DNA from: a virus
Taxonomy: Duplodnaviria > Caudoviricetes
Strand: one strand, 5' to 3'
IMG/VR virus record: IMGVR_UViG_3300040815_002799
Span: 1-60,030 of that record
Length of the DNA stretch: 60,030 nt
Every line of letters starts with the position of its first letter. Position 1 is the stretch's first letter. The notes below the pieces were generated by a model. That model was not told the DNA's origin, made no database searches, and saw only the letters and a program-made list of their open reading frames with translations. Below are positions 18,651 to 28,667 of this stretch, one piece after another. The position numbers and the translations under genes are program-made.

Positions 18651-21600
18651 ATGCCCAAAAATATCCGTCTTAAAACTGAAATAGGTACTAACAAAAATCT
18701 ACAGGTAAAGATCGACCAAGATTTTGATTATTTAGAAATTTTATCTCTAAAAATTAAACAAGAAGATGTTTACACTAGATTTTGTGCTGATTATGGGGTT
18801 GTGACAGGAAGAGTTGTTGCTAATGGTGGTTTCGGGGTCCCTAATGCAAATGTTTCAGTCTTTGTTCCACTTGATCAAATTGATGAAAGTGACCCGGTAA
18901 TTTCAACACTTTATCCATATAAAAGACCTTCAGATAAAAACGAAGATGGGTATCGATATAATCTTCTTCCTTATGTTCAAGAAAACTTTGCACATAATCC
19001 AACTGGAACATTTCCATCAAGGAATGATATTTTAACTAGGAAAGAAGTTCTAAAGGTTTATGAAAAATACTATAAGTATACTGTAAAAACAAATAGTAGT
19101 GGTGATTTTATGATTGTAGGAGTCCCGTTGGGGCAACAAAAAGTTGTACTCGATTTAGATTTATCGAATATCGGTCAGTTTTCTTTGAGACCTGCGGATT
19201 TTATTAGAACAGGACAGGCAGTTGCAACACAGTTTTCGGGGCAATTTTTTAAAGCATCGGAAAATTTAGATTCTCTCCCACAAATTGTTCATGATGTTGT
19301 TGATGTGGATGTTGCATCTTTTTGGGGTGATAATGAAAGTTGTGATGTTGGTATCACAAGAATTGATTTTGATTTACGTGAATTAGGTATTGAGATTCAG
19401 CCGACCGCAGTTTTCATGGGATCATTTTTTTCATCCAGTGAAAGAGATTTTTTAAAGTCTAATTGCAAACCGAAACCAAATACAGGTAATCTTTGTACAT
19501 TGGAAACTGCTCCTGGTCAAATTTTGTGTTTGAGACAAACTATAGATATTGACGAAAATGGTGACCCAATATTAGAACAACATAGTTTAGAAAATAATGG
19601 TAATTTAATAGATGAAGATGGTACATGGATGGTTGATATTCCAATGAATTTAGATTATTTGACGACAAACGAATTTGGTGAAACTATAATTTCAAATGAT
19701 CCTACGGTTGGTATACCCAGTAAAGGTAAGTACAGATTTAAAATTAAATGGCAAAGTGAGGCAGGTCTTAAAAAATCAATATTGAGGGCTAACTATCTTG
19801 TTCCTAACATCAAAGAACATTGGCAGTTATCTGCAACTAGGCCTAATGATTTCACAATGAATAAGTCTTATTCGTTTTCTCTTGATTGGGATGATTATTA
19901 TGACAAGGAAGCTGCAATTGAATGTAAAGACACGTTTTATGAATTCAAATACAATAAAGTTTATACAGTGTCATCACATATAGATAGATTCAAATTTGGA
20001 AGAAATAGGGCTAGACATTTGGGTATTAAAGAAATTGATGATAGGTCATGTGAAAGTGAATTGAATAAATTACCAGTTAATGATGGTGTAAGGAATTTCG
20101 ATTTTTTATTTTTCGTATTTAGTCTTCTATTAATTATCACAACACCTATGGTGTTTGTTGTACTACCAATTGTACATTTCCTTGCATTTATCTGGCCACC
20201 TTTACGTTTAATAATTAATGCGATTAGAAAATTCATCAATAAAATTAGAGAAATACTTTGTGCTATATCTGATGCACAATTTCTTGGAATTCAACCCTTC
20301 GCTTTTATTAAAAATAATAACCCTGGTATTTGTGAACAAAAACCGTTATTAGGTGATGAAAATCCTTTCGAAAATCTTGCGTTACCGATGTTACCTTATC
20401 CTGATTGCGAAACGTGTAATTGTCAAACTGATGGGATTTCTCCTGATACTGATCAATTAGAATATCAGGAAGCTCAAATTGAACTTGCAGAAATTAATAA
20501 TGTTAGTTCCCTAGCTGATGTTAATACGATAAGTACATATAAACCAATTGATTGTACTCAAGGAAATGATAACTCAAATTATACTATAGGTAATGATGAG
20601 TACATACAAGAACGTATGATGGTTTTTGCGGGTGCGACTATGACAAATGATATTGCTCCTAACGATAACCTAGGTTTAGACGCTTCTTTTGCTAGGTGGT
20701 ATAATTCTCCAGTATACCCTAGAAGAAGATGGGAATATTGGGGAGGACAGGCTGGGTGTGTTATAGAAAAAAAGTTTTGGATCACAGGACCAAATCCAAC
20801 ATATCCTCAAGTTTTAAACTTAATGAATCAAAGGGCTAGGTATTTTATGCCCGACCAAACTGATCCATTTAGAAGAAATAAGTTTTTAGGAATCAGAGGT
20901 AAATTACAAAATGTATCCACTGGTGGAGGTGGTGGTACTGGATTCAGTGGAGGTGGTGGACCCGGTGGTAGTGCTAATGAAGAATGGTGGGATATGCCGC
21001 TTGTTGTATTAGTAGACGATTCAAATAATTGGGTTGCGGGTGATTTATTCTCATTCGTTGATCCTGAGTCATCGGCGCAAGAAGATCCTAATTTATCTTA
21101 CTACTCTGGAGGTACGGTTGGTAGTGACAATGGATTCGGAAGAAAGGGTATAACGGCCAATACTGAAACAAATGCTACAGGTATAGTAAACAAACAAATA
21201 AAATATTTGAATCCGTATTATACGCCAGATAACAACGAACCGATAGAAAGAACCGCAAACATTCAACTCTTTAATAGTGCCACTACAACAGATTATAAGT
21301 TTTCTTGTGGGGTAGAATATTTTCAGTGTATTCAGTCAATACCAATCTCAGAATTCGCTGAGTTTTTCGGGGGATCTTTTGATGAACAAGGTAATTATAC
21401 AGAAATTGATGGAAATACAAGTGGAGGTGCGGGTCAAACATATTTGTCATTAAGACAAAATAGTCTCATCTATCAATATTTATTCAAAACGGATAATAGA
21501 GTCATATGTAATCTATACAATACCCCAGATCCTGGATTAGATCCGTGTCTAGATGATGCGGCAATTTTTGCAGGTCAAGGAGGTCAAGAAACTTGGAACA

Positions 21601-24284
21601 CCGCAGCTAATTTTGAAGTTGTGAATGGGTTTAAAGATATGAAACTTGTCATTATGACTAGAGGTGTTGATCCACATACGCCTAGACAAAATATGAGATA
21701 TGGTTTAGGTAAACTCTATGGTAGAAATCAATCATTTTACACTCCACATAGGATCGAGGGTAATTTTTATATGAATATACCTATCCAACATAACGGAGGA
21801 CAAAATACATATGCTATTTATGACCATAAATCGCCACAAGCGATATATAAATGGAATCAAGCTGAAAATCCAGTTAATGGTTATTGGGAATCCAATAATG
21901 CTGGTGCGGATTTTCTTGCAACTTCTAACGACCCATCATCTGCAGGGTATAGTTGTTTTCACAAACCATATACTGTAGATTTTAATTTCGAAGATCCAAA
22001 TGACCCAAATTCATATGGAAAAAGATTTCAAACTACTGGTTTTACACATTATGTATCGATGGGTAAAGAGATCGCCAATAATCTGTCTTACAGATTTTCA
22101 ACATACAGTAATGCTACTACCGGAAATAGTATAATTGAAGAAATAGGAAACTTATCACCAGGTAATTTAGCGGTTAGATTTAATGGATATAATACTAGGT
22201 TGTTACAAGGTGCTGATGATTGTGGCAACTTATTGACAGGGGTCCAAGTCAGGCAAACTGAAAATGGTGATGGAAATTTTGAAAAATATGAAGGAAGAGT
22301 TGAGGGGTGTACCATGCAATTTTCTAAAAGAAATTCAAACGCTGGTCCGTTGACTTCAGATCAATCGACTTGGGCAATTTGTTCGAATTGGGGTAGATGT
22401 ATTGATAGATCAGATGTTGGAACATTATCTCCTACATACTACAGACAGGATAGTAGTATACCACATACCACTCTATATGGTATTACGGTATTCCGTAGTG
22501 ACAGATTACCGACATCGGATTCTATAACATTAGGGTACGATGGTACTTTACAAGTAGATCAAAGATTTGCATTACATATGAATCCATCATTTAGGGTTTA
22601 TAAATACAATGACGAAGGAAATGTCACACAAATAGAAGGTGGTGGTCTCGGAACTTCTCAGGCTGATAGTACAGGTAATTTGGATGATCAACTTGACGAA
22701 ATGCCAAGTCAATTAGTGAATGTTGCTAATAGTTTTACTTGTGAAGGTATGACTTCATTAGAGTGTTATACTGGTCAGGGTGAAGAATTTGACATTGTTG
22801 ATCCATGTCAAGTAAATGTAGGTGAAAACAAGTTCTTTGATTATGGAGATAGAACAAAAGGTGGGTGTTATAGATTTGTAAGACCTAAATTCATAAGAAC
22901 ACTAGGTCTTGATTTTAGATATTTTTTCGAATGGAGAACAAGATTCAGAATAATGTTTGCAATGTGTAGAGGAGTATTGAGTCATGTATTTCAGAATAAT
23001 TGGATTAATGGTACACTATATTATCCATCATTTCAGAAAAAAACGATTTTCGGAATTGAGACTAGTACTACTCAACAATTGATTCAAAACGCAGGTCAAA
23101 ATAGTACCCAAACTTATACATTTCAATATAATGGTTACGTAACAATTCAAGATACCAATAATGTTCAGTCGTATACCTTGTTTTTGAATGGAGAAGAAAT
23201 AGGTGATGATATACAGTCATTTCAATTTAATAGTAACTATGATGTTTATTTTAGTATCGTACCAATAAATGCATCCTCTATATCAAGTATCACTATGGAA
23301 GTCACCGATACAAACATATCATATAGATATTGCGGATCTAGTAGTGATGATGGTCCACTGTACTTCAATACTCAAAGTAATTCATTTTTCTATCGTTCAA
23401 CCCCAACTTATAATAATAACTTTGTAGGACAAACACCTAGTGAAAGTTTTGCCGGTGCGAATGATAAAAATATATGGTTTCCCACGACAATCATGGATCT
23501 TGGTCCGAGAGAACAATTCTTAAAAGAAACTATTAATTCACCTGAGTATGAATCTTTTATAATGGATAAACTTCAGAGTTCTTCATATGAGGATACAGGG
23601 GACATAATAAACTTATTTTTATTAAGTAGATTGACTAACACGACCTTTTTACAGAATTTATTCAATGCTGGTGACGCTTCAGTTAGACAACTATTTTCTA
23701 GAGATGAAAATGGACTCTTCAACGAAGATAGATTAGACGCTGATTGTGCTCAAATGTTTAGTATAAATTCTGAGTTTGGGGTTGTTCCTTATCTTGCGGG
23801 AAATTATGCTGACAGTATAACAGTACTAGATGATAGATTTGGAATATGGTTTGATTCGGATTTGATTGATAGACGTGAATTAAATCCGGGTATCACTACT
23901 TTCGGGGAAGATGAGATCAATTCACCAACAAATACCTTCGGATATTTATCTTCACAAATAGTCCCATATTATAGATGGGGAATTACACCAAATAATGGTT
24001 TATTTGGAACCGAACTAAATGAATGGAACACTTCAGAAATATACTCTATGAATTATCAAAATTCTCAATTGGAAAGTTCAGGATATGTTGTACCACAAAG
24101 TGGACCCGCTTATGGATATATTTACAACGCTACAGTTAATGATCCTGAATATGATAGTTTCCCAAGTAGTACATCTCAATATAGTGTAAAAGTAGGTTCG
24201 CCTTATCATTTTTATTTTGGTCTTAAAAAGGGTAAATCATCTTTAAATAAATTTCTTTCAAAATATTTATTTTTAGAGACATGA
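18651..24284 (+). CDS. Large baseplate-region protein with N-terminal carboxypeptidase-regulatory-like beta-sandwich and an internal hydrophobic segment
   Basis: GVVTGRV...GVPNANVSVF...TVKTNSSGDFMIVGVPLGQQKV; hydrophobic FLFFVFSLLLIITTPMVFVVLPIVHFLAFIW; Cys pairs; Gly-rich patch. Confidence 0.7.
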   Translation: MPKNIRLKTEIGTNKNLQVKIDQDFDYLEILSLKIKQEDVYTRFCADYGVVTGRVVANGGFGVPNANVSVFVPLDQIDESDPVISTLYPYKRPSDKNEDGYRYNLLPYVQENFAHNPTGTFPSRNDILTRKEVLKVYEKYYKYTVKTNSSGDFMIVGVPLGQQKVVLDLDLSNIGQFSLRPADFIRTGQAVATQFSGQFFKASENLDSLPQIVHDVVDVDVASFWGDNESCDVGITRIDFDLRELGIEIQPTAVFMGSFFSSSERDFLKSNCKPKPNTGNLCTLETAPGQILCLRQTIDIDENGDPILEQHSLENNGNLIDEDGTWMVDIPMNLDYLTTNEFGETIISNDPTVGIPSKGKYRFKIKWQSEAGLKKSILRANYLVPNIKEHWQLSATRPNDFTMNKSYSFSLDWDDYYDKEAAIECKDTFYEFKYNKVYTVSSHIDRFKFGRNRARHLGIKEIDDRSCESELNKLPVNDGVRNFDFLFFVFSLLLIITTPMVFVVLPIVHFLAFIWPPLRLIINAIRKFINKIREILCAISDAQFLGIQPFAFIKNNNPGICEQKPLLGDENPFENLALPMLPYPDCETCNCQTDGISPDTDQLEYQEAQIELAEINNVSSLADVNTISTYKPIDCTQGNDNSNYTIGNDEYIQERMMVFAGATMTNDIAPNDNLGLDASFARWYNSPVYPRRRWEYWGGQAGCVIEKKFWITGPNPTYPQVLNLMNQRARYFMPDQTDPFRRNKFLGIRGKLQNVSTGGGGGTGFSGGGGPGGSANEEWWDMPLVVLVDDSNNWVAGDLFSFVDPESSAQEDPNLSYYSGGTVGSDNGFGRKGITANTETNATGIVNKQIKYLNPYYTPDNNEPIERTANIQLFNSATTTDYKFSCGVEYFQCIQSIPISEFAEFFGGSFDEQGNYTEIDGNTSGGAGQTYLSLRQNSLIYQYLFKTDNRVICNLYNTPDPGLDPCLDDAAIFAGQGGQETWNTAANFEVVNGFKDMKLVIMTRGVDPHTPRQNMRYGLGKLYGRNQSFYTPHRIEGNFYMNIPIQHNGGQNTYAIYDHKSPQAIYKWNQAENPVNGYWESNNAGADFLATSNDPSSAGYSCFHKPYTVDFNFEDPNDPNSYGKRFQTTGFTHYVSMGKEIANNLSYRFSTYSNATTGNSIIEEIGNLSPGNLAVRFNGYNTRLLQGADDCGNLLTGVQVRQTENGDGNFEKYEGRVEGCTMQFSKRNSNAGPLTSDQSTWAICSNWGRCIDRSDVGTLSPTYYRQDSSIPHTTLYGITVFRSDRLPTSDSITLGYDGTLQVDQRFALHMNPSFRVYKYNDEGNVTQIEGGGLGTSQADSTGNLDDQLDEMPSQLVNVANSFTCEGMTSLECYTGQGEEFDIVDPCQVNVGENKFFDYGDRTKGGCYRFVRPKFIRTLGLDFRYFFEWRTRFRIMFAMCRGVLSHVFQNNWINGTLYYPSFQKKTIFGIETSTTQQLIQNAGQNSTQTYTFQYNGYVTIQDTNNVQSYTLFLNGEEIGDDIQSFQFNSNYDVYFSIVPINASSISSITMEVTDTNISYRYCGSSSDDGPLYFNTQSNSFFYRSTPTYNNNFVGQTPSESFAGANDKNIWFPTTIMDLGPREQFLKETINSPEYESFIMDKLQSSSYEDTGDIINLFLLSRLTNTTFLQNLFNAGDASVRQLFSRDENGLFNEDRLDADCAQMFSINSEFGVVPYLAGNYADSITVLDDRFGIWFDSDLIDRRELNPGITTFGEDEINSPTNTFGYLSSQIVPYYRWGITPNNGLFGTELNEWNTSEIYSMNYQNSQLESSGYVVPQSGPAYGYIYNATVNDPEYDSFPSSTSQYSVKVGSPYHFYFGLKKGKSSLNKFLSKYLFLET

Positions 24285-25990
24285 GTAATCTAAAAACAGA
24301 TAGTATAAGAATTGTAAAAGGATCTGAAAGGTATGCGGGCGCAACAGATACGGAACTATCAATAGATATTCAGTTAGAATCACAACAAAAAAACTATGTC
24401 GAAAAAAATAGAACGTCAATCATAAATTTAGCTCAAAGATTTGATGACGAAAGACAACGGAGTGATAAAATCCGTGTATCGGGCAAGATTACAAATATTT
24501 TCGAAAATGATATTGTTGGTACATCAGATTATAATCCTTTTTTATATAATTTATTTTATGTTAATCCTGAACAAACTGTTCAAAATGGATCTTCTTTCAA
24601 AGGATATCCTCCTGCTGATGAATTTTTATTCATTAGAACAAAAATTTCAAATGGACACATAAATTTCATATCGGAAAGTGCTACAACCTATAACTGGAAA
24701 CTTTATTTAAGTTACCCATTTGAAAATGATTATGATCAAAATTTACAATTCGAGGATGAAACTACTGGTATCGTAAATTCATTTAAAGTATCTGATGGTG
24801 TACCATTTATAATAAGAAATGGGAAAAATAATGGTAAGAATTTGATTTATTTCTATTGTGGATTCAATCATAATTTAGAAGTTGGTCAGTTTGTGGAGTT
24901 AAAAGAACCTATTTCGGGACAAGATACTTTTGAAGTTTATAGTTTGGGAGATAATACTTTTGGAAGTGAATCTAGGGTATTTGCAATATATAATTTTGGG
25001 TATAACGGGTTCTTTAATGACACGGTAGGTAATTTTAAAAAAGTTATTGATATAAATAATAGGGAAGAAACGAGATCACTTTACTATTGTAGAAAACATA
25101 AAATACTATCAGAGACCAAGGATGTCGAAATTTCGAAAATGGGTTACGAAAATAATCCCTTTTTTGCTAAAACAGAATTACAATACGCAGCACTCACACC
25201 AAATAATGAAGAAAGGCTAGCATACAAAGAAATTAACCAAACATACAGTTTTACTTTTAATAAAGACTTTGATATAAAGGATTTGAGAGACAATAATTCA
25301 TTACCAATAACAAAGTTATTTGTTACAATAGTAAAAAATGGGTATGTAGGATGGTTTAATAATCTAACTCCGGCAGGAAATACTACAAATATCGAAGTGG
25401 GTTGGGACTTGAATATATTAGACTCCAGAACAACGGGTTGGTGGTCTAAATTGAACCCAGATAATAGAGACAATATACCTAGTGGATCATATATAAGAAA
25501 TTTCAGACAGTTCTTTTTCAATAAAGATCTGGAAATTGGTACTGAATTGAAAGGAGATATTTGTGAATGGAACGAAATCACTCAATTAGAAAATGTATTA
25601 TCAAAAACAAATCACAAAATTAGTTTCAATCCAAACCACTTTAACGATGCATCAGAGGGTGATTTATATAATCCTAACGGATTTTTTTATTATCCACACT
25701 TTGATGTTCCTATAAGGTCTATGTCTGATTATTTAGAAACCGGGGAAAGGGATAAAGTAGATTTGATTCCAGATTACGCTTTTTATTCAGATTACGATGA
25801 GAAATGGATTTGGAGAGACGTTTATGATTACGGTTTTGTCGACTCAGATGGTAATGGTATAGACAACCCATTTATAAATGGGTCTCATTATCCATTTAAA
25901 GAAATAGTTTTTTTACAGACACCATTATTCAAAAATATTAATCTGTTCACGGATATAATCTTAGCACCAAATTCTGATAATTGTGAATAA
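24281..25990 (+). CDS. Hypothetical virion structural protein
   Basis: 569-aa ORF, ATGA-coupled to the previous gene, within the baseplate cluster. Confidence 0.75.
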   Translation: MSNLKTDSIRIVKGSERYAGATDTELSIDIQLESQQKNYVEKNRTSIINLAQRFDDERQRSDKIRVSGKITNIFENDIVGTSDYNPFLYNLFYVNPEQTVQNGSSFKGYPPADEFLFIRTKISNGHINFISESATTYNWKLYLSYPFENDYDQNLQFEDETTGIVNSFKVSDGVPFIIRNGKNNGKNLIYFYCGFNHNLEVGQFVELKEPISGQDTFEVYSLGDNTFGSESRVFAIYNFGYNGFFNDTVGNFKKVIDINNREETRSLYYCRKHKILSETKDVEISKMGYENNPFFAKTELQYAALTPNNEERLAYKEINQTYSFTFNKDFDIKDLRDNNSLPITKLFVTIVKNGYVGWFNNLTPAGNTTNIEVGWDLNILDSRTTGWWSKLNPDNRDNIPSGSYIRNFRQFFFNKDLEIGTELKGDICEWNEITQLENVLSKTNHKISFNPNHFNDASEGDLYNPNGFFYYPHFDVPIRSMSDYLETGERDKVDLIPDYAFYSDYDEKWIWRDVYDYGFVDSDGNGIDNPFINGSHYPFKEIVFLQTPLFKNINLFTDIILAPNSDNCE

Positions 25991-26810
25991 GTTTAGATTT
26001 TCATTAAGTGAAGTTGACAAACAAATAAATGTGCCAGTAAAGTTAGATTTTGATTTTACGGGACAGGGTGATTTAATATCAATTTTCGAGAATGATATTA
26101 TAGAACAAGTAATTAACCCCATAAGGAATTTCGAAACAATAAAATTTGCACATAAAAGTGTAGAAAACGATAGTAGTATAAATTATAAATTTTATTTTTT
26201 TGATTACAGTACAAATATTCAAAATACAACTTTTTCTAATGAAAACCTTTGGACTAATTCTTACAACTCTACTTCAAACCCTGATTTTACAGGTCAAACA
26301 TTCACAGATAAAGAAATTTATTACACTGCTAATTCGTTTAGAAGAAGTTTTTTCAAACTAGATTTTTATGATTCTAAAAATACCTCAGATCAAAAAAATT
26401 ATTTCACGGTAATTTTACCGACACAACAAGGAAAAACAATAGAAAGAAATATTGGTACTGATTTGTTACCCCAAAATGTTCAAGTAAAAATTCCAAATAT
26501 GTCATTAGATTATATTGGGGATAAAGAAGGGTTTTTCATATACTTCACAGAAGATATAAACACCATTGATATAGACACCTTTTATATGTCCGTGAAGTTT
26601 TTTAATGCCAAAATTGGTGAGTTCGTAAGATTTATAAATAAACCTCAATCCTCAATATCTACAAAGTTCAATTTTAAAAAAGAAAATAACTTTTATTATA
26701 AATTAATTTTTGACTATCAAGATAAAAAATATTCAATATTTAATGAAGACGATCAAATCATAGGTACGGTTGAAAACCCCATAAATTGGTATGAATATAT
26801 TAATCCATGA
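25983..26810 (+). CDS. Hypothetical virion structural protein
   Basis: 275-aa ORF with GTG start overlapping the previous stop; aromatic, beta-rich composition. Confidence 0.72.
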   Translation: MNKFRFSLSEVDKQINVPVKLDFDFTGQGDLISIFENDIIEQVINPIRNFETIKFAHKSVENDSSINYKFYFFDYSTNIQNTTFSNENLWTNSYNSTSNPDFTGQTFTDKEIYYTANSFRRSFFKLDFYDSKNTSDQKNYFTVILPTQQGKTIERNIGTDLLPQNVQVKIPNMSLDYIGDKEGFFIYFTEDINTIDIDTFYMSVKFFNAKIGEFVRFINKPQSSISTKFNFKKENNFYYKLIFDYQDKKYSIFNEDDQIIGTVENPINWYEYINP

Positions 26811-27757
26811 AAAATGATTACTATTATTTTAAGATTTCCCCTGAAGTTTTAAAAAAAGACATTGTACAGGAAAATTATGAATCAGTTGAATTTGGTTTAT
26901 ATAAATCGATGGATTATATATTAGAAAATAATCTACTGGGTGATTTAAATCTTACTATACCTTTAGTTCAGACGATTGATGATATTGGTTTTTATACGCC
27001 TTATGATGGATACGTAGAACAGTTGAACAAAATAACAAATTTTATAATATCAGGTAATCCGTCAAACAATTATGAAGTATATTTTTTCGATACATCAATT
27101 AAAGAAGGTAAGATTAATAAGGATAGTGAATTTACCATAAATTGGGGTGATGGTATTATCGAAACATATAATCCTTTTGTGAACGAATACATTTCTCATT
27201 TTTATCCGGTTGAAAATCAAAGTTATAAAATTACTTACACGAGGAAAAATAAATGGGGTGAAACAGATGTAATTCAAACAATAGAAATACCATTTAACCA
27301 AAATGAAATTCAAGGTGAGATACAAAATGATTCGGAACCATTCCAAATTACTGGATTTACATCTTCCAAACTTAATGAATTGAAAAGATATGGTTCTGTT
27401 AAATTTAATTTTGATCCAGTATTAAAAAAAGGAGAATTTTATGGTCAGATAAATGTAATGAATTCAGAATATACCGGATATACGATTAACGATATCGAAT
27501 ATTTCGATTACCCGAATGGACAGACAATTTTTTTACTAGAATCGAATGGGTTAAATGAAGATAATTTAGTTTTTTCTGGAACTACAAAAGAAGAGGTATT
27601 ACTAGGGGTTGTTGATTCACCAGAAATACAATCAGAAGTATTTATTGATAGAGGAAAATTATCGGGTTTAGAAAATTTACAAAGACTTGGTGAAGTAGAT
27701 AACGTCGGTGATCTTCAAAATTATGGGTATAAGTATTATAAAATAAATAATCAATAA
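26807..27757 (+). CDS. Hypothetical structural protein with PKD-like domain
   Basis: FTINWGDG...ISHFY...YKITY resembles the PKD signature; ATGA coupling. Confidence 0.65.
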   Translation: MKNDYYYFKISPEVLKKDIVQENYESVEFGLYKSMDYILENNLLGDLNLTIPLVQTIDDIGFYTPYDGYVEQLNKITNFIISGNPSNNYEVYFFDTSIKEGKINKDSEFTINWGDGIIETYNPFVNEYISHFYPVENQSYKITYTRKNKWGETDVIQTIEIPFNQNEIQGEIQNDSEPFQITGFTSSKLNELKRYGSVKFNFDPVLKKGEFYGQINVMNSEYTGYTINDIEYFDYPNGQTIFLLESNGLNEDNLVFSGTTKEEVLLGVVDSPEIQSEVFIDRGKLSGLENLQRLGEVDNVGDLQNYGYKYYKINNQ

Positions 27758-27758
27758 A

Positions 27759-28667
27759 ATGGCACTAGGAAGTTACGGAACACAAAGACCAGCAGATGTA
27801 TTACCATCGGATGTCGAGATCATTATGAATTATTCTCCAAGTAGAGATGTTAGTAATGATACACTATTAAAGAAACTCAATGCTTCAGATGTTTTATCAC
27901 CTATATATCATAATGACAATACTGGTGGTAATGCAAACGTTGAGATTTTGGGTGGGTTATATAATTTAAAATTACCCGCAACTGAATTCAACAAAATTGG
28001 CATCTATACACTTTATTTAAAGCCAATAGAAATTAGAACTTTGATAAGAGATTGTGGAGTTTTATCTGCATTACCAAATGTTAAAGGTCTAATATTTGAC
28101 ATAAGTCAAATACCGTCACAATTTAGAAGTAGATTTACTAATAACGGACTTGTTGGTTATAGAGTTGAGTATTTGAATGATGACGGATCTAAAACTCCAA
28201 ACTTTTTCAGAATAATAACATCTTCTTTTTTCTGTGAACCTGTAGTATCGAATCAGTCTAATACAAGTCAGAAAAGTATCAGATATCGATATGTAGATAA
28301 CGGAAGTGATCTCATATTTTGTACTCTATCACCATCTAGTGCGCCTTCGAATAAACCGAACGCGACACCGTTCATCGGAAATCCAGACCAAAATGTTGTT
28401 ATAACAAACACTTTCTTCAATCCAATATCAATTGATATAGAGTTGGCAGAACACGACATTGATACTCTTGCTATTGCGTTATATGGGAATCAGACGAAGA
28501 GTATTGAGGATGGTATCTATACGATCTACGACAATAATTTGAATATCTATAAACAATATAACTTATTCGAGATTAGGGATGAGTTCAATAATCTCCTATA
28601 TGAAGTCAGACAAGATAGAAATGATAATATAGACTTCAGTAAAAACTTTACAAGTATTATTGATTAA
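27759..28667 (+). CDS. Hypothetical virion structural protein
   Basis: 302-aa ORF, tightly packed in the baseplate operon. Confidence 0.75.
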   Translation: MALGSYGTQRPADVLPSDVEIIMNYSPSRDVSNDTLLKKLNASDVLSPIYHNDNTGGNANVEILGGLYNLKLPATEFNKIGIYTLYLKPIEIRTLIRDCGVLSALPNVKGLIFDISQIPSQFRSRFTNNGLVGYRVEYLNDDGSKTPNFFRIITSSFFCEPVVSNQSNTSQKSIRYRYVDNGSDLIFCTLSPSSAPSNKPNATPFIGNPDQNVVITNTFFNPISIDIELAEHDIDTLAIALYGNQTKSIEDGIYTIYDNNLNIYKQYNLFEIRDEFNNLLYEVRQDRNDNIDFSKNFTSIID

